5,268 bases of DNA from Octopus sinensis. Lineage: Eukaryota. The stretch is taken from NCBI RefSeq assembly GCF_006345805.1, contig NW_021830045.1, positions 1 through 5,268 on the forward strand. The letters run 5' to 3'. Each line of letters begins with the position of its first letter. Within the stretch, counting starts at the first letter, position 1. The translations under genes and the position numbers were made by a program. The notes beneath the pieces were generated by a model. That model was not told the DNA's origin, did not search any database, and was given only the letters and a program-made list of their open reading frames with translations. Shown here piece after piece: positions 1 through 5,024 of the stretch.

Positions 1-85
1 TCCTATCTATCCATCTGTCTATCTATCCATCTGTCTATCTATCCATATATCTATCTAATCTATCTAATCTATCTAATCTAATCTA

Positions 86-150
<65 letters not shown>

Positions 151-207
151 CCTACCTACCTACCTACCTACCTACCTACCTACCTACCTATCTATCTATC
201 TATCCAT
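1..207. repeat. Compound microsatellite: degenerate TATC/TCCA/TAATC, then pure (TATC)n, then (TACC)n, then (TATC)n
   Basis: Read directly: pure TATC run ~87-150, TACC run ~150-190, TATC again to ~203; the array runs off the left window edge. Confidence 0.97.
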
Positions 208-343
208 CCCCCTTTTTTGTCCTCTTTCTTTCCATTTACGATCCCTTTTGATCGAAAACCAAACCCACTTCTTTTACCCCCAAAAGAAAAGCTCTACCTT
301 GTAATTTTATCCTGTCTGTGCAGCCCTGTGTGGCTAATAAACA

Positions 344-386
<43 letters not shown>

Positions 387-396
387 ATATCTATCT
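208..396 (+). mobile_element. Possible 3' end of a non-LTR retroelement ending in AATAAA plus a (TATC)n tail
   Basis: A pyrimidine-rich non-simple segment (208-335) is followed by AATAAA (336-341) and, 2 nt later, a (TATC)n run (344-396). The retroelement interpretation is inference only. Confidence 0.3.
344..396. repeat. (TATC)n microsatellite, ~13 units with one TATA variant
   Basis: Read directly. Confidence 0.97.
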
Positions 397-420
397 AGTG
401 TTTTCTATCATCTCATACTT

Positions 421-422
<2 letters not shown>

Positions 423-466
<44 letters not shown>
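423..466. repeat. (AC)22 microsatellite
   Basis: Perfect AC run read directly. Confidence 0.98.
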
Positions 467-471
<5 letters not shown>

Positions 472-521
472 TGCCTCTCTATTTCTCCGTAGATTTCCAT
501 CTAGTTGCTACTAATCTACTT

Positions 522-539
522 ACACACACACACACACAC
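522..539. repeat. (AC)9 microsatellite
   Basis: Read directly. Confidence 0.95.
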
Positions 540-540
540 G

Positions 541-1023
541 CTATGTCTATCTGCCTCTATTTGTATCGTACGTAGATGTCAATCTATCTTCCTCTATTTT
601 TCTGTCCGTATAATATATACACATTCTGTATACACAGATGACTATGGACCTATCTGTATTTACTTGTATACGTATAAATCTGTACTTTTCCTGTATCACT
701 TTGTCCCTATCTATCTATCTATCCTCTCGCTTCATCCGTTTCCATAATTCTTCTCCGATCTGTCTGCTAGTCTGTAAGCATTCCCGATCATCTAAATCCT
801 TCCTGTCCATTCTTCCTTCTCTGTTGTCAAACATGTAAATATTTGTCCATATATAGTATAAATATAGCTATCTCCATATCTGATTTGTCTCCATATCTAC
901 CTATCTATCTACTTATCTATCTGTCTGTCTGTCTGTCTGTCTGTCCTGTCTGTCTGTCTAGCTTCTCATCTCTGTCTCTCTCCAATTGTCTAAGCATCTT
1001 TCTCGTATATACACTTGTCTGTC
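541..1023. repeat. Degenerate TCTA/TCTG cryptic simple sequence, including a (TCTG)n run at ~919-959
   Basis: G-poor low-complexity tract rich in TCTA/TCTG words, with a near-pure TCTG run at 919-959. Confidence 0.75.
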
Positions 1024-1161
1024 GACAGACCTATAGATGAATGTGTGTATATATAAAAATACGAGGAACAGAAGTACAGGTCGACAGACAGTTGTGTGTC
1101 ATTATATATACATATGTGCAAATCTGTGTATGCATATGTATATGTGTATGTATGTGTGTGT

Positions 1162-1345
1162 GATGTGGTCAAATGGTTAAAGCACCGGACAACCTTACAC
1201 TGCGATGTTTAAGTTATGCCCCTTTGTTTAGTGAGTTCGAATCTCGCCGAGGTCAGCTTTATCTTTCACCCCCTCTTGGGTCGATAAAGTCCCAGTGATG
1301 TGTTAGGGGACAGCGTAACTGGCTGTCATAATCTCCGCCTCGAAT
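1162..1345 (+). mobile_element. Diverged tRNA-derived SINE (family B-related, copy B1)
   Basis: A-box-like TGGTCAAATGG (1166-1176) and B-box-like GAGTTCGAATCT (1233-1244). The downstream cgccgaggtc...ctttcaccccctcttgggtcgataaagtcccag aligns with the reverse complement of 1403-1631. The 3' boundary is approximate. Confidence 0.75.
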
Positions 1346-1402
1346 GTTTAAAGTGTATGTACGTAAGCTTGTTTGTACGAATTTGTGTGTGTATATATAT
1401 AT

Positions 1403-1631
1403 TTCTTTATTACCCACAAGGGGCTAAACACAGAGGGGACAAACAAGGACAGACAAATGGATTAAGTCGATTACATCGACCCCAGTGCGTAACTGGTACT
1501 TTATTTATCGACCCTCGAAAGGATGAAAGGCAAAGACGACCTCGGCGGAATTTGAACTCAGAACGTAACGGCAGACGAAATACGGCTACGCATTTCGCCC
1601 AGCGTGCTAACGATTCTGCCAGCTCCCCGCC
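1403..1631 (-). mobile_element. Full-length tRNA-derived SINE (family B, copy B2) with target-site duplication
   Basis: The minus strand starts GGCGGGGAGC-TGGCAGAATCG (A box, 1621-1611), has B box GAGTTCAAATTCC (1559-1547) and ends ...GTGGGTAATAAAGAA. It is flanked by identical 21-mers TTTGTGTGTGTATATATATAT at 1382-1402 and 1632-1652. Confidence 0.88.
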
Positions 1632-1633
1632 TT

Positions 1634-1666
<33 letters not shown>

Positions 1667-1848
1667 GCATGTGTTATATATGTATGTGTTTGTGTGTATA
1701 CACGCGTATGTTTATATGTATCTCTGAATGTATGTCTACAAGTGTGTTGTGTATGCGATGCTTTCTTGGTGTATGTCGTGGGCCAACAACACTTTAGAAT
1801 GTTACCACACACACACACATATACATTTTACATACATATGTATGCATA
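1632..1848. repeat. (TG)n/(TA)n/(CA)n low-complexity tract
   Basis: TA run 1642-1666, degenerate TGTA-rich sequence after it, and a CA run at ~1806-1819. Confidence 0.85.
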
Positions 1849-2013
1849 GGCGCAGGAGTGGCTGTGTGGTAAGTAGCTTGCTAACCAACCACATGGTTCC
1901 AGGTTCAGTCCCACTGCGTGGCATCTTGGGCAAGTGTCTTCTTCTATAGCCCCGGGCCGACCAATGCCTTGCGAGTGGATTTGGTAGACGGAAACTGAAA
2001 GAAGCCCGTCGTA

Positions 2014-2062
<49 letters not shown>

Positions 2063-2262
2063 TTGTGTGTCTGTGTTTGTCCCCCTAGCATTGCTTGACA
2101 ACCGATGCTGGTGTGTTTATGTCCCCGTTACTTAGCGGTTCGGCAAAAGGGACCGATAGAATAAGTACTGGGCTTACAAAAAGAATAAGTCCAGGGGTCA
2201 AGTTGCTCGATTAAAGGTGGTGCTCCAGCATGGCCGCAGTCAAATTACTGAAACAAGTAAGA
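1849..2262 (+). mobile_element. Full-length tRNA-derived SINE (family A, copy A1) with internal (TA)n(TG)n tract
   Basis: Starts GGCGCAGGAG; A box TGGCTGTGTGG (1859-1869); B box GGTTCAGTCCC (1902-1912); CTTGGGCAAGTG (1925-1936, resembling the start of the CORE domain); TA/TG tract ~2012-2080; 3' end ...CATGGCCGCAGTCAAATTACTGAAACAAGTAAGA. Four homologous copies lie elsewhere in the window. Confidence 0.9.
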
Positions 2263-2313
2263 GTATATGTATACACGCGCGCGCACGAACGCACACACAC
2301 GCACGGACGTATA

Positions 2314-2513
2314 TTCTTTTCTTTCATTTGTTTGTTATTTGACTTCGGCCATGCTGGAGTACTGCCCTTAGTCGAACAAATCGATCCCAGGACTTAGTCT
2401 CTGTAGTAAGCCTAGTACTTATTCTATCGGTCTCTTTTTGCCGAACCGCTAAGTTACAGGGACGTAAACATATTAACATCGGTTGTCAAACGAAGGCGTG
2501 AGGACAAGCACAA

Positions 2514-2565
<52 letters not shown>

Positions 2566-2722
2566 GAGACGGGCTTCTTTCAGTTTCCGTCTGCCAAATC
2601 CACTCACAAGGCTTTGGTCGGCCCAAGGCTATAGTAGAATACACTTGCCCAAGGTGCCACACAGTGAGACTGAACCCGGGACCATGTGGTTTGTAAGCAA
2701 GCTGATAACCACACATTCACTC
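2314..2722 (-). mobile_element. Near full-length family A SINE (copy A2), missing the first ~7 nt
   Basis: The reverse complement aligns with A1 over its whole length. The 5' module (2567-2722 vs 1856-2011) is ungapped with 20 mismatches in 156 by my manual count (~87%). Internal (CA)n(TA)n at ~2517-2565. Confidence 0.9.
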
Positions 2723-2753
<31 letters not shown>

Positions 2754-2940
2754 CATACATTCATACACACACACACACATGCATGGACGCCTACACAAGC
2801 ATATATACACACATATAACACATGCACACGGACGTATATATATATACATACATACATGAACGTACGCAGATGCACGGACGTATATGCACACTCACAGATG
2901 TGCACACTTGCATGTGCGCGCTCCGACCCACTGACAGATG
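2723..2940. repeat. (TA)n/(TACA)n/(CA)n tract with a recurring CA(C/T)GGACG motif at ~45-bp spacing
   Basis: TA run ~2723-2748; motif copies at 2782, 2827 and 2873. Confidence 0.7.
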
Positions 2941-2942
2941 TA

Positions 2943-3153
2943 CGAGGGAGGGCTGAAAAGTCCTTGGCTTTAAGGGTGTCTTGAAAGGCCTCGTTGGAGA
3001 CCCTCCCCCACGAGTTCTTTTACGGGGTTTAGAAAACCCGAAGGACCGCTGCAATAAGTGTGTGAATCTGAGAGGGAAACAGGTTGAATAAAATCATAAT
3101 TGATGCTCCCATATTTTCTTTTACCCAAAGCCAGGAACTTTCAGCACCCTCTG
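2943..3153 (+). mobile_element. Mariner/Tc1-derived non-autonomous element (MITE), copy 1
   Basis: Imperfect TIRs CGAGGGAGGGCTGAAAAGTCCTTGGCTTT (2943-2971) and AAAGCCAGGAACTTTCAGCACCCTCTG (3127-3153); TA on both sides (2941-2942, 3154-3155); 3041-3091 translates KDRCNKCVNLRGKQVE*, like a mariner transposase C-terminus. Confidence 0.82.
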
Positions 3154-3180
3154 TACATATGTGTATGCATTATATATGTA

Positions 3181-3398
3181 AGAGGGGGTACTGAAGAGTT
3201 CCTGGTTTTAAAGGTATTGTGAAAGGTCTGGTTGGAGGCCTAACCTTCCATGTTCTTTCACGGGGCTGAGAAAAACTGAAGGGCCACTGCAATAAGTGTG
3301 TGAATCTGAGAGGGGAATATGTTGAATAAACTCGTAATTAACTGATACTCTTGTATTTTCTTCTGCCCAAAGCCAAGAACTTTTCAACAACCCCCTTG
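3181..3398 (+). mobile_element. Mariner/Tc1-derived MITE, copy 2 (same family and orientation)
   Basis: TIRs AGAGGGGGTACTGAAGAGTTCCTGGTTTT (3181-3209) and AAAGCCAAGAACTTTTCAACAACCCCCTTG (3369-3398); TA flanks at 3179-3180 and 3399-3400; 3276-3329 translates LKGHCNKCVNLRGEYVE*; colinear with copy 1. Confidence 0.82.
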
Positions 3399-3420
3399 TA
3401 CACATGCATAGTTACAAATA

Positions 3421-3462
3421 TATACATACATGCATACATACATACATATACATACATACATA
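3421..3462. repeat. Imperfect (TACA)n microsatellite
   Basis: Read directly. Confidence 0.9.
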
Positions 3463-3612
3463 GGCATTCACGCACACATATGCAAGCACGAACTTACGTA
3501 TCTAAAAAATAATTTCATATTGTACTCATACACCAGTATAAGGGAATAAAATATGTATGTGTGTGTATATATGTGTGTGTGGTATATGTGTGTATCTACG
3601 TGTATACATGAT

Positions 3613-3922
3613 GGTGCATGGTTCAGTGGTTAGAGCGTCGGGCTCACAATCATGAGATAGGGAGTTGTGTTCTTGAGCAAGACACTTTATTTCACGTTGC
3701 TCCAGTTCACTTGGCTGTAGAAATGAGTTGCAACATCACTGGTGCCAAGACGTATCGGCCTCTTTACCTTTCCCTTAGATAACATCGGTGGCATGAAGAA
3801 GGGAGGCTGGTATGCATGGGTGACTGTTGATCTTCCATAAACAACCTTGCTTAGACCTGTACCTCAGAGGGTAACTGTCTAGGTGCAATCCCATGGTCAT
3901 TCATGACCGAAGGGGCTCTTTA
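3613..3922 (+). mobile_element. tRNA-derived CORE-like SINE (family C) lacking an intact B box
   Basis: tRNA-like head GGTGCATGGTTCAGTGGTTAGAGCG with A box at 3619-3629. The segment GTGTTCTTGAGCAAGACACTTTATTTCACGTTGCTCCAGTTCACTTGGCTGTAGAAATGAG (3667-3727) resembles the CORE-SINE central domain as I recall it. A 3' hairpin GGTCA-TTCA-TGACC (3895-3908) precedes a return to simple repeats at ~3922. Single copy in the window, so boundaries are approximate. Confidence 0.7.
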
Positions 3923-4006
3923 TGTGTGTATATGCATTTTTCTTATTCTGTGTATGTATCTTTGTCTATATATCCACCAATGGGACGTACTCGTACCTTC
4001 CTCGCG

Positions 4007-4183
4007 ATATATATATATATATACAACGGGCTTCTTTCAGTTTCCGTCTTACAAATCCACTCACAGGGCTTTAATCAGCCCGAAGCTATAGTGACAGATG
4101 CTTGTTGCCCAAGGTTTCACGCATTGATGCTGAACCCGAGATCATGTGGTTGGGAAGCAGTCTTCTTACCACACAATCAGGCC
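4007..4183 (-). mobile_element. Family A SINE, 5' module only (copy A3), ending in (TA)n
   Basis: 4023-4183 is the diverged reverse complement of the A1 head through GAAAGAAGCCCGT. (AT)n at 4007-4023 follows, with no TG tract or 3' module to its left. Confidence 0.85.
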
Positions 4184-4263
4184 CGGTCCTTGGACGTAAA
4201 TATATATATGTGTGTCTGTCTCTGTGTGTGTGAGTTTATATATAAGCGCGTATATATACGTGT

Positions 4264-4500
4264 ATAAACACAAGCATTCAGATTTTTACCAAATGCAAGC
4301 ATAATTTTTAAAAAAGGCCTGAGATAGTTGTTTAGGTCGGAAGAAGAGAAAGTTTGTACAATTATAAGAGATCGTCAGCCCAAAAGATGTCAACGTCTCT
4401 TTCAACATCATTGAAAAAGAGAATGTACAGAGAACTACTTAGAAACGTACACCAGCTTGCATTCATACCTGTAATTATTGGTGCACTAGTTTCTATTATC
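4264..4500 (+). mobile_element. Degraded fragment of the REL (PD-(D/E)xK) endonuclease domain of an R2-group (R4/Dong/NeSL-like) non-LTR retrotransposon
   Basis: Manual translation across three frameshifts: INTSIQIFTKCKHNF*KRPEIVV*VG (4264-4341) / EEEKVCTII (4340-4366) / EIVSPKDVNVSFNIIEKEN (4368-4424) / YRELLRNVHQLAFIPVIIGALVSII (4426-4500). The order and spacing match the REL pattern RPD-x-(D/E)(V/I)xxP-x-EKxxxYxxL-x-P(I/V)(I/V)(I/V)GAL. Recognised by eye, no search run. Confidence 0.62.
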
Positions 4501-4505
4501 TTTTA

Positions 4506-4855
4506 GGCGCTGGTGTGGCTGTGGTTCCGGGTTCAATCCCACTGCGGGGCACCTTGGGCAAGTGTCTTCTACTATAACCTCGGGTCGACCAAAACCCTGT
4601 GAGTGGATTTGGTAGACAGAAACTGAAAGAATCCCGTCGTATATATATGTGTGTGTGTTTGTGTTTGTCCCCCTCCCCACCATCGCTTGGCAACTGATGT
4701 TGGTGTGTTTACATCCCTGTAACTTAGCGGTCTGGCAAAAGAAGCAATTAAGTACTAGGCTTACAAAGAATAAGTCCTGGGGTTGATTTGTTCGGCTAAA
4801 TTCGGTGCTCTAGCATGGCCGCAGTCAAAATGACTGAAACAAGTAAAAGAAAAAA
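4506..4855 (+). mobile_element. Family A SINE (copy A4) with a 29-bp deletion in the tRNA-like head
   Basis: Starts GGCGCTGGTGTGGCTGTGGTTCC; B box GGGTTCAATCCC (4529-4540); short TA/TG tract ~4640-4658; 3' end CATGGCCGCAGTCAAAATGACTGAAACAAGTAAAAGAAAAAA; otherwise colinear with A1. Confidence 0.9.
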
Positions 4856-4887
4856 TATAACGGGAGCCCCCTTCAACTCCTGGGAAA

Positions 4888-5024
4888 TCTATTTGACCCT
4901 TAGATGAGATCCTGAGAGGTACTACCATTCCGGGTCAGAACGGACCTAGGAGTTATGGTAATTAAGGTGTGACTGACGCTTCTCGTAACACCAGAACCTA
5001 CAAATTAGTACCTCACCACCGGGT
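4888..5024. mobile_element. Unassigned non-simple segment, probably a diverged fragment of another interspersed repeat
   Basis: High-complexity sequence with no homologue in the window. The words TATTTGACCC, AGGTACTACCA.TCCGGGTCAGA and CCTCACCACC resemble a cephalopod repeat from memory only. Confidence 0.3.

Noticed and set aside
217-1172. ORFs 217-492, 505-747, 638-838, 843-1040 and 990-1172
   Set aside because: The peptides (SIYLSIYL, HTHTHT, LSVCLSV) are translations of TATC, AC and TCTG repeats; most use non-ATG starts and show no domain-like content.
1849-1920. Possible genuine tRNA genes at the SINE heads (also 1162, 1631, 3613, 4506)
   Set aside because: A and B boxes are present, but I could not form complete cloverleaves or acceptor stems, there is no T-run terminator after ~75 nt, and each head continues into a repeated SINE body.
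1300-2101. Overlapping ORFs of up to 165 aa on both strands
   Set aside because: They run through SINEs B2 and A1 and TA/TG tracts (YIYIYI, CVCV). AT/GT dinucleotide runs lack stop codons in some frames, which inflates ORF length.
1841-2275. Target-site duplications for A1, A4 and the family C element
   Set aside because: Only short TATGTAT-type matches within low-complexity flanks, which cannot be told from chance.
2943-3398. Direct repeats with a short spacer as a CRISPR array or simple tandem duplication
   Set aside because: There are only two ~215-bp diverged units, each with its own TIRs and TA flanks, in a eukaryotic context with no cas genes.
3208-3405. 65-aa minus-strand ORF within MITE copy 2
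   Set aside because: It is antisense to the transposase remnant and has no recognisable features.
3893-4267. 124-aa and 62-aa plus-strand ORFs
   Set aside because: They span the family C tail, simple repeats and antisense SINE A3.
4336-4506. Possible host exon: TTTAG acceptor at 4331-4335 followed by a 56-codon open frame with a hydrophobic end
   Set aside because: REL motifs are spread over three frames and start upstream of the AG, so a decayed retrotransposon explains it better. Exonisation cannot be excluded without RNA data.
1802-4693. Recurring peptide SFSFRLPNPL...LPKVP in ORFs 1802-2101, 2483-2818 and 4496-4693, which could look like a paralogous small-protein family
   Set aside because: It is the antisense translation of the family A SINE head and recurs only because the SINE does.
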